DNA from: a virus
Lineage: Duplodnaviria > Heunggongvirae > Uroviricota > Caudoviricetes
Length of the DNA stretch: 64,000 nucleotides
Reading direction: 5' to 3' (one strand)
IMG/VR virus record: IMGVR_UViG_3300006052_000001
Shown here piece by piece: positions 1-9,677 of this stretch. Below the pieces are notes generated by a model, which saw only the letters and a program-made list of their open reading frames with translations, did not search any database and was not told the DNA's origin. Position 1 is the stretch's first letter. Every line of letters starts with the position of its first letter. Both the position numbers and the translations under genes were made by a program.

Positions 1-292
1 AAAACGGTGAAGGTGAGTGGGTGTGTACAGAGTGCATTATCTAGCTTAGACCTAGCCTGTCTAGTGTATTCCCGGCGAAATGGGAATATGCTAGGCAGAG
101 ATGGCCTAATCTGGCGATCAAGGACAGGTTCCACCTTCTAGTGATGATCTGCTCATTGAGCGCAGAAGAGCCCTATTCGGACTACACCATCCGAGAGCGG
201 GAACTTCCTACCGAAGCGGACATTACCCGCTACATGAACCATCTCATAAATTCAGCCGCAGACCGCCTCAACTAGTAGCAGATAGGAAGAAA

Positions 293-466
293 ATGGACAA
301 CTACATCGTTCTAGCCTCTTACCGTGACGATGAGGGTAAAGTCGTCAGGTATGAGGGCAAAGGCACATACAATGAGTGTCTTACGGCACTTCAGGAGCTT
401 TCAGGCAAGAAGGTAATCTCTGTGGAGATTAGCCACATTATCGCCACAGTCACCACCAAGAGGTAG
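293..466 (+). CDS. small hypothetical protein (57 aa)
   Basis: ATG with AGGAAGAA upstream; below ORF-track size cutoff; ends 11 nt before next gene. Confidence 0.3.
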   Translation: MDNYIVLASYRDDEGKVVRYEGKGTYNECLTALQELSGKKVISVEISHIIATVTTKR

Positions 467-476
467 GAAACGGACA

Positions 477-989
477 ATGATCACAAAGGATCAGGCACTA
501 GACACTCGGTACTTTCACTACGCAGTCGGCCTTCGCTGTGACAGTTCGGGCGGAAGGGTCGGATGGCGACGAAACGGTAAGACTCAGACATGGAAGACAA
601 GGCCGGACGAATTCAAGGTTCCGGTCAAATGGGGTCTTCACTCCTACTCCTACGTAACTAGCGCAGATGCCGGAAACTGGTACACACCGGACGAATGCCC
701 AGTGTGTAACTCAAAGGAGACAAAGGTGGACAACATGCCAGGTACGGTGGAAGTTACGTACAAAGGTATCTCACAGTCACAAGTTATGGGATGCCGGTTC
801 ATCGCGGCATTCTGGATCGAAGAGGACGAAGCCGTAGTTATGGCTTACAGGGACGATAAAGACGAATACATTACATGGAAGGGCGTACCAGGCAATTGGT
901 ACGCAGGCCGCTACTTTAGTGGCGAAGACAACTATTCCGGGGCAAAGTGGGACTTTGCCACACGAATCGGGGCAGCACAGAGCATGTAG
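477..989 (+). CDS. hypothetical protein, GNWY-motif family (paralog of 1082..1714)
   Basis: 170-aa ORF; shares GNWY/GPGNW motifs with downstream ORF; CxxC. Confidence 0.55.
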   Translation: MITKDQALDTRYFHYAVGLRCDSSGGRVGWRRNGKTQTWKTRPDEFKVPVKWGLHSYSYVTSADAGNWYTPDECPVCNSKETKVDNMPGTVEVTYKGISQSQVMGCRFIAAFWIEEDEAVVMAYRDDKDEYITWKGVPGNWYAGRYFSGEDNYSGAKWDFATRIGAAQSM

Positions 990-1081
990 TTCGGTAAGGT
1001 GATGTTTGGGGTCAAGCTAATACAGTTGACCCCATTCACCGTCTAACCGGACGGAATAGGACAAAAGGGAGAATTCGGACA

Positions 1082-1714
1082 ATGTATGACGATCCGCCAG
1101 TAGACGACCAAATCCTCGTATTCACCAACAATCGTGAGCGAGAGGTCAAGAACTACTACGATTTGCCTGAAAAGGTACGAACAGACCAGTTCTACTACAT
1201 CAACGCACAAAAGGCGGCAGAAGGGGAGGAAGGCACCGAATTCGTCAAATACCGGGGAAACTGGTACGACCTGGAAGATAACGAGGGAAGGTGGACAGGA
1301 CCGGGCAATTGGGACGGTTACTACTCAAACTCGTTCTTTTCGGGAGTAGTGTTCAGATATCCCCGCGAAGAGGGTTATCCCGGCGCACTCATCTCAGACT
1401 ACGTGATAATGGGACAATACTACGTAGGTCAGCCCAAGTGGGCACTAACCGGCGAATTCCGGCGCAAGTCAGAAGCAATCGACTATCTTACCGCAGATGG
1501 TAACCTAGCCGTACCATGTAGCCGATACGGTAAGGATTCGGCTGAATGCGCTCAAGTAGCATGGAGGCTCGCATACCTCCTATGCCGGGAGATTGGTGAG
1601 TTTCCGGTCAAAAGGGACTTGCTAGACGATGTTATGTCACTTGTGGTCAATGACCGTGATGACGTAGCATATGTCATCAGAACCTACGGAAATCGGCAGT
1701 ACCGGACAAACTAG
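1082..1714 (+). CDS. hypothetical protein, GNWY-motif family
   Basis: 210-aa ORF, GGGAGAA RBS-like upstream; repeated GNWY/GNWD motifs. Confidence 0.55.
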   Translation: MYDDPPVDDQILVFTNNREREVKNYYDLPEKVRTDQFYYINAQKAAEGEEGTEFVKYRGNWYDLEDNEGRWTGPGNWDGYYSNSFFSGVVFRYPREEGYPGALISDYVIMGQYYVGQPKWALTGEFRRKSEAIDYLTADGNLAVPCSRYGKDSAECAQVAWRLAYLLCREIGEFPVKRDLLDDVMSLVVNDRDDVAYVIRTYGNRQYRTN

Positions 1715-1728
1715 CTGATTGATGATGT

Positions 1729-2259
1729 TTGGGGAGGAACTTGCTATCCCTCCCCATTCACCACCAATCACGGTGGATTGCCCGCAAACAGGAGGAACTA
1801 GTGAAAACTAGGACATACGTGGTCACAATCGCAGTTTCCGACCTAGATGAAGACCTTTTCGGCAACATGCCAGAATTCATCACAAATCGGCTCGATACAG
1901 GAGCTATCAGCGTAAATTCGGTCAGAATGACAGATAACCAGCAATTCGGTCAGAATCTCGCTTCTGCCTCAACTAGCACCAAGAGGCTCAGTCCTACCGA
2001 AGTCGATGCAAAATGGCCCATAGGCATAACATACCCCAATGCCGCCACAAGAGACGTAATCAACCACAGATTGCACGAAGGCAGGCGAATCTCAGCAATC
2101 ACCGCATACCGGGATTACATGGGCAAAACGCTAGAATACGGCACTGTCACCCTGATTGGGTGCAAGAACGACATCGAGTGCATTGCCGGGGCATTGTACC
2201 CCACGATGTACCCAATGTGGGCAAATCGGTGCAGGATGGACAAGCACGCCCACAGCTAG
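1729..2259 (+). CDS. hypothetical protein
   Basis: 176-aa ORF tightly following previous gene. Confidence 0.5.
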   Translation: MGRNLLSLPIHHQSRWIARKQEELVKTRTYVVTIAVSDLDEDLFGNMPEFITNRLDTGAISVNSVRMTDNQQFGQNLASASTSTKRLSPTEVDAKWPIGITYPNAATRDVINHRLHEGRRISAITAYRDYMGKTLEYGTVTLIGCKNDIECIAGALYPTMYPMWANRCRMDKHAHS

Positions 2260-2360
2260 CAAATTCGGGCAAAACGGGACGAAAACGAATGCGCGGCGCT
2301 TATGATGATATGCCCGTTATGCGATTTGACGTGTCCGTTTTGGCCTGATATGATCGGTCC

Positions 2361-2819
2361 ATGACCGATTTGAAGCGTTGCCAGGCAGGCCAGCAGGCCA
2401 GCCGCGCCCGAATCGGACATATGCCCCAGGAGGGTACAATGCCTGCTAACTCCACCGCAACCCCCGCGAACGTCCCGAACAAGGCCAAGTCGGACATCAA
2501 GGACAACGAGGCCCCAATCGAGACAACTGCCCCAGCGGCGGAAGTTCCGGCCGAAGTGGACTACAAGGCCATGATCGAGGCAATCCGGTCAATCTTCACG
2601 GAACTGGGCGGAGGGAACAAGTTCTCCCAGAGCCTCCAAATGGCTCTTAAGCCGCGAATCGCCGAACTCACCGATTTCTTCGTATTCGTGGACAAGGGGT
2701 GGGGAAAGCCCACAGACGAGATGATCGTGGTCATTTCGGACCTACGGGACGCGGCGGTCAAACTGGGCGAGGCCGCACTAATCCTCGCAACTGCGGCAGA
2801 CCCCAACAACCGGGGCTAA
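2361..2819 (+). CDS. hypothetical protein
   Basis: 152-aa ORF followed by strong terminator. Confidence 0.5.
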   Translation: MTDLKRCQAGQQASRARIGHMPQEGTMPANSTATPANVPNKAKSDIKDNEAPIETTAPAAEVPAEVDYKAMIEAIRSIFTELGGGNKFSQSLQMALKPRIAELTDFFVFVDKGWGKPTDEMIVVISDLRDAAVKLGEAALILATAADPNNRG

Positions 2820-2834
2820 TCGCCACATAACGGG

Positions 2835-2869
2835 AAAGCCCCCCTCAAAGCACCGAGGGGGGCTTTTTC
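2835..2869 (+). terminator. rho-independent terminator
   Basis: GC stem AGCCCCCCTC...GAGGGGGGCT followed by TTTTTCG. Confidence 0.75.
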
Positions 2870-3084
2870 GCGCCTTTAGTGCTAATTGCGACAAGTAACG
2901 ATTGTCTAGGGCATACTGGTACATACTAGGACAGAAGGGCACGAAAGGGCACAAAAGGGTAGCAACTAGGCGAAAGCGGACATTCCCTCCCAGCCTGGCC
3001 CAAATCACCACAAACCCTCTCAAACCCTCCCATAACTACTCAGTGTCACCCAAACTACCACATTTACCCCCATTTCGTCACAAT

Positions 3085-3330
3085 CTGTGGCAAATCGGAC
3101 ATACAGGACGAACCCCCCCATAGTTAGACATGTCGGATATGTCGGATATGGGGCCAGGAAAAACGATTAGGTTTTATGTCCGATTGTTACACAGTGTCAC
3201 CATTTAGGGTAAATGTATACGATATTTACCGTATAGAAATACAAATATCGTGACAGACAGTGACATTTAGGTGGTTAGAGACGTTTTTAGGGCTACATAG
3301 GCTCTTATAGTGATAAATCGGACATAGGAG
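3085..3330. repeat. non-coding convergent region with AATCGGACAT and ATGTCGGAT repeats and an AT-rich palindrome
   Basis: AATCGGACAT at about 3092 and 3314 (also 2410); tandem ATGTCGGATATGTCGGATATG at 3131; TATACGATATTTACCGTATA palindrome at about 3217. Confidence 0.5.
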
Positions 3331-3363
3331 GGTAAGCCACGAAGTTCTGTGGCTTATTTCCTT

Positions 3364-3567
3364 TTATTCGTCTGGCATTTCTAATCCTTCCGCGAAGTTA
3401 TTTACTTCGTCAGCTAGTTTTCTGTAAAATAGCTCGCTGGGGGTATTTGTATCTCCATAGAGCTTATAGTACCCCCTTCCCCATCTAGAGGCTTCTACTT
3501 CAAGCAGATGAGCTATATGCTTAGCCTGAGCTACCGCTATTGTACTAGCCGGGGAATTTACCACCAT
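3364..3567 (-). CDS. hypothetical protein
   Basis: 67-aa ORF, last gene of minus-strand block. Confidence 0.4.
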   Translation of the reverse strand: MVVNSPASTIAVAQAKHIAHLLEVEASRWGRGYYKLYGDTNTPSELFYRKLADEVNNFAEGLEMPDE

Positions 3568-3776
3568 CTGTTATCCTCATAACCAGCCCAGAGATTATAT
3601 ACCTGCCATCCCTGCTTTTCCGTTAAGCCGTATTTTTCTTCTATCGTCTTTATTACAGCTTCCCTGGCTAGCTCATCAGCTAGTTTCCTGTTAGCAACAT
3701 ATTCGTCATTCTTACGCTTATTCTCAGCCATTCTTTCCTTGTCGGCACACTTCTTGCACTTCTCGAAGTCTGTCAT
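3558..3776 (-). CDS. hypothetical protein (Lys/Glu-rich)
   Basis: 72-aa ORF, start/stop overlap with neighbours. Confidence 0.45.
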   Translation of the reverse strand: MTDFEKCKKCADKERMAENKRKNDEYVANRKLADELAREAVIKTIEEKYGLTEKQGWQVYNLWAGYEDNRWW

Positions 3777-4024
3777 TTACTTACCTCCGAATCAGTAACG
3801 GTATATCTAGCCTCACGGTATGTCCCTGGCGAAAAAACTGCTGTTGTGGTGTAAGCACCAGGATTATCGGAAAAAGCCTGACGGATCAAGATTGCTGGAT
3901 CGTCGGCTTGCAAATAGGCATTCCTGAATATCTCAGTACTACCATCTGTCTTAATCACTATTACGTTTCTGTTACTCATAGTTCCTCCAAAGCTGCCAGA
4001 ATTCTGTTGTTTACGTAATACCAC
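3773..4024 (-). CDS. hypothetical protein
   Basis: 83-aa ORF in operon-like array. Confidence 0.45.
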   Translation of the reverse strand: MVLRKQQNSGSFGGTMSNRNVIVIKTDGSTEIFRNAYLQADDPAILIRQAFSDNPGAYTTTAVFSPGTYREARYTVTDSEVSK

Positions 4025-4242
4025 GGACCTATCTGGGAAGTTCCATCAGGCCAGGTTATCGTGTACATCACTCTTGGATCACCTAGATTTATCAGTTCTC
4101 CCTCAGCACCGTCAGTGTATACGTCGCAAATTTTGTCACCTTCGTTGGTTACAATGACCCACCGAAGGCTGTAATCTTGCTTTATGTAGTCATACAACTT
4201 TACTAGTTCCGGCAATTTCCTCCCCCTTTGAGTGAGTATCAC
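3976..4242 (-). CDS. hypothetical protein
   Basis: 88-aa ORF; 5' overlap means the true start may lie downstream. Confidence 0.4.
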   Translation of the reverse strand: MILTQRGRKLPELVKLYDYIKQDYSLRWVIVTNEGDKICDVYTDGAEGELINLGDPRVMYTITWPDGTSQIGPWYYVNNRILAALEEL

Positions 4243-4507
4243 AAATATTCAGTACTTCCCTGCGAATACCGTCTCGGTCATAAACTGCCTCACAACCACA
4301 AGAAACCAGGAGCCGGGAAACCCCTCTCTGGTTAATCTCATCTTCCAGTCTGGTCATGAAAACTAAAATCCGGTCGAGTAGCTCTTCTTCTACTCTGTAG
4401 GCAGGAGTATCCCAGTCGTAGTCAATCTTAAATTGCCCGGCATCGTAATGGTATACCTGCTTAAGTTCTTCCTTAAGAGCTAACCATGCTGCTTCCCACA
4501 AGTCCAT
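4190..4507 (-). CDS. hypothetical protein
   Basis: 105-aa ORF. Confidence 0.45.
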   Translation of the reverse strand: MDLWEAAWLALKEELKQVYHYDAGQFKIDYDWDTPAYRVEEELLDRILVFMTRLEDEINQRGVSRLLVSCGCEAVYDRDGIRREVLNICDTHSKGEEIAGTSKVV

Positions 4508-4800
4508 CAGTCAGCCGAATCTGCTTTTGCACGCAAGCTGGGATACCAGTTATCGCCATCTCCCTCAAGATAGGTAGCTTCACTTTGAACCCAGGTTCCA
4601 TCTTCAGCCTTATCCATGAATACAATCTTGGCTGGCTTCATGGTAACTGGTATAAGAAACTCTCCCGGCCAGATTTTATGAAGGACTTCAGCAGGAATCA
4701 TCTCTTCAATCCTGCCAATTCTGTCTATCATAATATCCAGAATTTCACCCTGCAAATTAAGGCGTTCTTCCAGTTCCGCAATCTTTTCCTGATCTGTCAT
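4507..4800 (-). CDS. hypothetical protein
   Basis: 97-aa ORF, GGAGG RBS (reverse complement) upstream. Confidence 0.5.
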   Translation of the reverse strand: MTDQEKIAELEERLNLQGEILDIMIDRIGRIEEMIPAEVLHKIWPGEFLIPVTMKPAKIVFMDKAEDGTWVQSEATYLEGDGDNWYPSLRAKADSAD

Positions 4801-4852
4801 TGTTCCTCCAAAGGTAAAAGCCGGGGTAGGAGTTACCCTACCCCGGCTAGTA

Positions 4853-5212
4853 CTACTTAGCCTTAGCGTGAATAACTGTACCTGGACGGAAAACTAGCGT
4901 TAGGTCAGTAGCCACGCAACCAATGCCTGCAATAGCGTCGGCAATAGTAGTTTCCTCGCCGTCTACGTCATAGAATTCGCCATCACCTAGAACGTGGAAA
5001 TGCTCACCATTAATACGCCAGACATCGTGAATCTCGGCAGGCCAATGCTCGGGCCTGTCCTGGCGAACAATAGTTACGTCACCATCAAGAGAAACGGTAT
5101 CGTAATCGTCTGTCTCAACAGAGTTGTACGCGGTGTCAACTGCCATTACGGTAACCGTAGTGGTAACGCTAATCTCATCGCCTGGTAGCAGGTCGTCAAT
5201 AATATTTCTCAT
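4853..5212 (-). CDS. hypothetical protein
   Basis: 119-aa ORF, GGAGGA RBS (rc). Confidence 0.5.
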   Translation of the reverse strand: MRNIIDDLLPGDEISVTTTVTVMAVDTAYNSVETDDYDTVSLDGDVTIVRQDRPEHWPAEIHDVWRINGEHFHVLGDGEFYDVDGEETTIADAIAGIGCVATDLTLVFRPGTVIHAKAK

Positions 5213-5228
5213 GGTTCCTCCTGAATAG

Positions 5229-5432
5229 TTAAATATCTTCGTCTTCGCCGGTCATGCCAAGGTCAGTCATCCTGGCTATAATTGACTTCCAGATGGACTT
5301 TGCTTTTTCATCCGGTTCGGCTTTTTCCCTGGCTTTGGCCCATGTGAACAAAGTCCAGTTTGAGCTATCTCTTTTGTCCAGTTTTCTCTGGAACCAGTCC
5401 AGCATGTCATCTGGATCACCGTTCTGTTTCAT
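5229..5432 (-). CDS. hypothetical protein
   Basis: 67-aa ORF. Confidence 0.4.
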   Translation of the reverse strand: MKQNGDPDDMLDWFQRKLDKRDSSNWTLFTWAKAREKAEPDEKAKSIWKSIIARMTDLGMTGEDEDI

Positions 5433-5631
5433 TTTCCTCCACCTTGTAGAAAACCGGCAGAGGATGAGCCTCTACCATAATCCAGCCTTCCTGGCCCATC
5501 TGGTGAAGGAAGAATCTTACGTGTTCCCCATTCCAGATGCAGTCGTTATATCCTACCTGCCTAGGTGTACCATCGCACAAATAGGCAGGTAGCCACATTT
5601 TGGGGTCTACTTGGTAGAGTACTTCACTCAT
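5416..5631 (-). CDS. hypothetical protein
   Basis: 71-aa ORF. Confidence 0.4.
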   Translation of the reverse strand: MSEVLYQVDPKMWLPAYLCDGTPRQVGYNDCIWNGEHVRFFLHQMGQEGWIMVEAHPLPVFYKVEENETER

Positions 5632-5893
5632 CGTCGTCTGACTCCACGAAAATATCCCACCACTTCTTGTTCTTATTTTTCTCTACGGACATCAGCCACT
5701 TAGGTACAAGACCCATAGCCCTGAGAACACTTGCGCCAACTTCGGCCTTTTCCCAGGCTTCCTTTTCGGAATCAGCGGATGACCACCATCTTTTAGGTGA
5801 CATTGCCCTTACCCTTTTCGTCGTGTTCAAAAGTCTTCTTGAACATGAGATTTCCGGCTGTATGGAAAACCACAACACCCTCTGGATTATCAA
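5624..5893 (-). CDS. hypothetical protein
   Basis: 89-aa ORF; overlaps ligase gene 3' end. Confidence 0.35.
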   Translation of the reverse strand: MIIQRVLWFSIQPEISCSRRLLNTTKRVRAMSPKRWWSSADSEKEAWEKAEVGASVLRAMGLVPKWLMSVEKNKNKKWWDIFVESDDDE

Positions 5894-6371
5894 ACTTAAA
5901 TCCTAGTCTTGCAGCAGCAACGCTTCCCTTTAGCTTAAGAGCATTCATGGAAACGTCAATGACGCCTCTGTTGAAGCGATCAGAAAAAGCTAGAACAGGA
6001 ACGCAATCAAGCTTTGGGGTGGTAAATTCTACTCCATCCCAGCGAGAGGTATTGAATAGCGAGAAAACCTTGTAAGGTACGTTGTAGCCTCTGTTAACAC
6101 CGCTACCCCACCATTCTCCGAAGTGCAGGCCAGGACCAAGATCGGTAACAAGAGTTTCCTTATGTTCCTGTACCCAGCCAGCAAAACCGTAGTTATCGGT
6201 TGCCTTGCCAGGAGTAATGATACGGCTTCTGGACTGTGCCCAGACTGTAACCTCTCCATCTTCCTCATGGATACCGATAGCTGCATTGGTGCCGTCTAGC
6301 TTCTCAGTGACGATAATAGGACGGTCTAGCCTGGCAATTGGGGGCCATCCTGTAAATTCTGGGACAAACAT
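5793..6371 (-). CDS. ATP-dependent RNA/DNA ligase-like nucleotidyltransferase (minimal Rnl-type)
   Basis: 192 aa with motif I EKLDGTN, motif III FGEWWG, motif IV EGVVVF, motif V LMFKK in canonical order. Confidence 0.6.
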   Translation of the reverse strand: MFVPEFTGWPPIARLDRPIIVTEKLDGTNAAIGIHEEDGEVTVWAQSRSRIITPGKATDNYGFAGWVQEHKETLVTDLGPGLHFGEWWGSGVNRGYNVPYKVFSLFNTSRWDGVEFTTPKLDCVPVLAFSDRFNRGVIDVSMNALKLKGSVAAARLGFKFDNPEGVVVFHTAGNLMFKKTFEHDEKGKGNVT

Positions 6372-6379
6372 ATTTCCTC

Positions 6380-6802
6380 CTATAGTTGTTCCTCGATCAG
6401 ATCAGAAATCATTTCGAATGAGTATCCATAGCTGTCGTTGACCTCATCCAGCGTTACTTCTATAGTCTCCGCTTCTACGTATCCGTATTCGTCTTCATGC
6501 GCCGGAATCATCACATATGGACTAGCGTGAATAAGCCCAGCCCATTCCATGACCGGCTTAGGCAAGACACCTACCTCACTGAGAGTTCTGGCATTTCCGT
6601 ATTTGTCTGTGCCAGCCCACGAATAAATATACAAGCCTCCAAATAGTACTGGAGGCTTGATAACGCCCTCTTCAACAGCGATTTCACAAAGAACGTCCAG
6701 ACAGCACTGGTTACCTTCTTCATCTCTGAGCATATTAGTACCTTGGGTTCTCGTACCATCTCTTAGGTACTCAACCCACTTACTTTTAATTCTGGCATCC
6801 AT
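6380..6802 (-). CDS. hypothetical protein
   Basis: ORF-track ORF trimmed to internal ATG (MDARIKSKW) with GGAG RBS to avoid 89-nt overlap. Confidence 0.45.
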   Translation of the reverse strand: MDARIKSKWVEYLRDGTRTQGTNMLRDEEGNQCCLDVLCEIAVEEGVIKPPVLFGGLYIYSWAGTDKYGNARTLSEVGVLPKPVMEWAGLIHASPYVMIPAHEDEYGYVEAETIEVTLDEVNDSYGYSFEMISDLIEEQL

Positions 6803-6803
6803 G

Positions 6804-7298
6804 TCAGACTCCGAAAACACATGCGGGATTGCCGCAGTAGCAGGTAGATACCTTTTCTGGCTTAGACACACGCTCACCAGTACTAGGGTCAATTCCTAGT
6901 ACATTGATAATTGCCCGCCTGATGTCAGTTATGGTATTATCGCCGCTAGTGATACGAAACATCTGATCAGGGCTAATACCGAATAGGCTAGTAAGCCTTC
7001 CTTCAACGGAAATTACTGAGAAAACGAGGTCATGTTCAGCGTGAATCTTCCTAATCGACCACTCAGATTCTCCCGGTCTGGCAATTACGTGATTGTAAAA
7101 GCCATTACAAGGATCATCTGTTACCCAGATTCCTCCGTCAAGTGCTACTACATGACCACCCCAGCAAAGCTGAGTGCCGCATCTGGTAGGGTCTGGTGAC
7201 CTCCATGCTTCCTGTCTCCACTGCTCAGGATGATTCTTGATAAGCTGCCATGCTTCTACGGCTAGCCTCTCAGGATGTGATAGATGTGACAAATCCAT
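6804..7298 (-). CDS. hypothetical protein
   Basis: 164-aa ORF, GGAGGAAAT RBS (rc). Confidence 0.5.
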   Translation of the reverse strand: MDLSHLSHPERLAVEAWQLIKNHPEQWRQEAWRSPDPTRCGTQLCWGGHVVALDGGIWVTDDPCNGFYNHVIARPGESEWSIRKIHAEHDLVFSVISVEGRLTSLFGISPDQMFRITSGDNTITDIRRAIINVLGIDPSTGERVSKPEKVSTCYCGNPACVFGV

Positions 7299-7309
7299 AT
7301 TTCCTCCTA

Positions 7310-7609
7310 TTATTTCCAGTCTGGTAGTGGTATCGGTGGTTCATCTCCTGGGAGATTACCCCAATTCCAGTCTTTCCATTCCTCAACGTTACCCCAGTCT
7401 TCATTAAGAAGCATTCTGAGATAAACACATTCAAAGTCTGTTAGTTCCCATTCATGTACTAGTACTCCATTTTTATGATGAGTAATACGTACTACATTGA
7501 ATGGCAGGTGTTCTATCTTCATAGAACCACCAAGATAGATTGTCTCAGCCATACCGTACCTCCTGGTTTGTCCGGTTACGTCCTCCATACTCTCTCTCAG
7601 TATAACCAC
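7310..7609 (-). CDS. hypothetical protein (first gene of leftward block)
   Basis: 99-aa ORF, AGGAGG RBS (rc) at about 7560. Confidence 0.5.
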   Translation of the reverse strand: MVILRESMEDVTGQTRRYGMAETIYLGGSMKIEHLPFNVVRITHHKNGVLVHEWELTDFECVYLRMLLNEDWGNVEEWKDWNWGNLPGDEPPIPLPDWK

Positions 7610-7671
7610 TGTAGCGCACTACCGGCCCGGCGTCAAGAGGTTCGGCTGGAAAAGTTTTCTCGCCTTGGCTC

Positions 7672-7705
7672 TTGACAACCTCCCCCCGCGTAGGCTAGAC
7701 TGGCT
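7672..7705 (+). promoter_or_regulatory. sigma70-like promoter (TTGACA family)
   Basis: TTGACA ... GTAGGCTAGACT; sits in the divergent region between minus and plus gene blocks. Confidence 0.45.
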
Positions 7706-7760
7706 CTCCTACGAGGCCAGGAGACAATTGTGCCTGGTCACTGATAAGTGCAGGAGGATA

Positions 7761-7847
7761 CATGGTACTTACTGTAATTTTCATCGTGGCGGTTTGCTGG
7801 CTAGCTTACGTCACCATCGAAAAGATTGTTAAGAGCGTGAAGAAGTG
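7761..7847 (+). CDS. 28-aa hydrophobic peptide
   Basis: ATG after strong AGGAGGA RBS; MVLTVIFIVAVCWLAYV... single TM. Confidence 0.3.
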
Positions 7848-8054
7848 AGAGAGCGGCTACTGGCACTTGCCCAGACTACTCATAACATTTCAGTTCATAC
7901 TCCCGCTGTAAACACCGGCGCTCTTATTTTTGCCGTCGTTGCTGCTATGGGAGTTATGTGGGCAGCTAAGAGGCTAAAGGGATTCTTCCCGATTATTTTC
8001 GCTGTTATCGGAGCAATCGCTGTGCTGCTGATTATCAGCGGCAACCTCAAGTGA
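7845..8054 (+). CDS. small membrane protein
   Basis: 69-aa ORF (GTG start) with hydrophobic C-terminal half. Confidence 0.4.
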   Translation: MRERLLALAQTTHNISVHTPAVNTGALIFAVVAAMGVMWAAKRLKGFFPIIFAVIGAIAVLLIISGNLK

Positions 8055-8437
8055 CCTTTGCTCTCCTTGTTATCGCTAGTGTGTTTTTTGGCTTTTGCTA
8101 TGTGGTTTCACTTAAAGTTAAGGAACACACTAGAGGTACTGGTCTTGGAAGAAGACTAGCGGCTGGTGGCGAGAGCAAGGAAGCGCAACTAAAGCGAGAA
8201 GAACGATACATCAAGGGTGCTTCTACTGAGGCGAGAGCTAAGAGAGATAAGTACGATCGTCAAGCTCGCAGAACCAGAAGAGCTAAGCGCAGGGAAAAAG
8301 CTAAGGCTATGATGGCGCACTGGGATGGTGTTGCTAAAGAGCATGAGCGCATAGCAAAGGCAAACCTCGGAAAAGCCGGGGAAAAGAGCCACGGTATCCG
8401 CCGTGCAGGAACAGAGAAGGGGAGGCCGAAACTGTAA
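8051..8437 (+). CDS. membrane-anchored highly basic protein
   Basis: N-terminal TM then Lys/Arg-rich tail (ARAKRDKYDRQARRTRRAKRREKAK). Confidence 0.45.
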   Translation: MTFALLVIASVFFGFCYVVSLKVKEHTRGTGLGRRLAAGGESKEAQLKREERYIKGASTEARAKRDKYDRQARRTRRAKRREKAKAMMAHWDGVAKEHERIAKANLGKAGEKSHGIRRAGTEKGRPKL

Positions 8438-8730
8438 TGGCAACTAAAACACGCGATCCAGTTTTCGAAATTAGCGCTCCTGGTGAGCCTGTAAGATGGC
8501 TTAATCAGAAATACCGTGTTGGCGGAACGGCTCCCAGACATAATAAGCACTCTGATAATCAGGGAAGAAACAGGCATAAGGTAAAGGGAAAGCCAAACTC
8601 TCACGTTCAGAGAGTACTTTATATGCCTGACGCTTATAATGGTCATACTCGAATGATTTCCTACGAGGAATATCTAGAACTTCTTTTTACTCCAGCAGTA
8701 GATGAGGGACCATATTACGATCAGGCATAA
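8437..8730 (+). CDS. hypothetical protein
   Basis: 97-aa ORF, start overlaps previous stop. Confidence 0.45.
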   Translation: MATKTRDPVFEISAPGEPVRWLNQKYRVGGTAPRHNKHSDNQGRNRHKVKGKPNSHVQRVLYMPDAYNGHTRMISYEEYLELLFTPAVDEGPYYDQA

Positions 8731-8773
8731 TATAGTATCCTTATAGTGTCTAAACGGCACTATAAGGAGCTTT

Positions 8774-9202
8774 ATGTCAGACAATACAGCAGTGCAGGCA
8801 CATACGCAAGTAGCGTCACACCGCTACATGATGCACTACCCAGAACATCCTGCAAGAACTTCAGACCCTCATTACGTAGATTTTGAGGCATACAGGAAAA
8901 AGACACACGCAACAGCTAAGTGCGCTATCGGTGATCACAGAAACGATTTCTCAGAATGCTCAGGCGGTCTTGAACTTCACCACTCACATGTAGAATTTTC
9001 GCTACAGAACGGTGTTGATCTTGCCTGGCTAGAGGTTGACTATCCTGGTATATCCGATCCTGCCAACGTAGGAGCGTGGGTTGAATCTGCTATGAACCTA
9101 GAGTGGCTGTGTGAATTCCATCACAGAGGTCATTCGGGAGCACACGTTGCAAGTGCTAGTGATTATGAAGCTATGAAATATGTTCGTGGTCTGATATCAT
9201 AG
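8774..9202 (+). CDS. His/Cys-rich protein (possible HNH-like nuclease)
   Basis: 142 aa; CAIGDH...ELHHSH...N...CEFHHRGH pattern. Confidence 0.4.
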   Translation: MSDNTAVQAHTQVASHRYMMHYPEHPARTSDPHYVDFEAYRKKTHATAKCAIGDHRNDFSECSGGLELHHSHVEFSLQNGVDLAWLEVDYPGISDPANVGAWVESAMNLEWLCEFHHRGHSGAHVASASDYEAMKYVRGLIS

Positions 9203-9206
9203 GAGT

Positions 9207-9677
9207 ATGAGAAACACCAAAACATGCAGCATCAAAGGATGCGAAAAATCACATAGCGCAAAAGGTTACTGTAAGGGTCATTATGACAGGTGGCTCAGGA
9301 AAGGTGATCCTCTGTGGCAGAATCCAAAACCTCTCGGTAGTCTGACAGTACAAGGTTACCGAGAGGTTTACATACCTCTTAATTCACCGTGGGCTGAAAT
9401 GGGAAGACCAAGGCAACACGGAGGATTATCAGTATTAGAACATCGTCTAGTTATGGCTAAGCATCTAGGTAGAGTCTTATTCAGAGACGAAAATGTTCAT
9501 CACAAAAATGGAAATAGATCAGATAACAGGATCGAGAATCTTGAACTGTGGGCAAGAATACAACCTGCTGGACAGCGAGTTGAAGATTTAATTGTTTTCG
9601 CTCATGAGATTCTTGATAGGTATGGAGGAAAAATTGACAAACTTAGGTATGAGAACAGTAACACCAGAATTAGCTAA
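9207..9677 (+). CDS. HNH homing endonuclease
   Basis: N-terminal CxxxGCx..GYCxxHYxRW zinc module; HHKNGNRSDNRIENLELW HNH motif. Confidence 0.7.
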   Translation: MRNTKTCSIKGCEKSHSAKGYCKGHYDRWLRKGDPLWQNPKPLGSLTVQGYREVYIPLNSPWAEMGRPRQHGGLSVLEHRLVMAKHLGRVLFRDENVHHKNGNRSDNRIENLELWARIQPAGQRVEDLIVFAHEILDRYGGKIDKLRYENSNTRIS

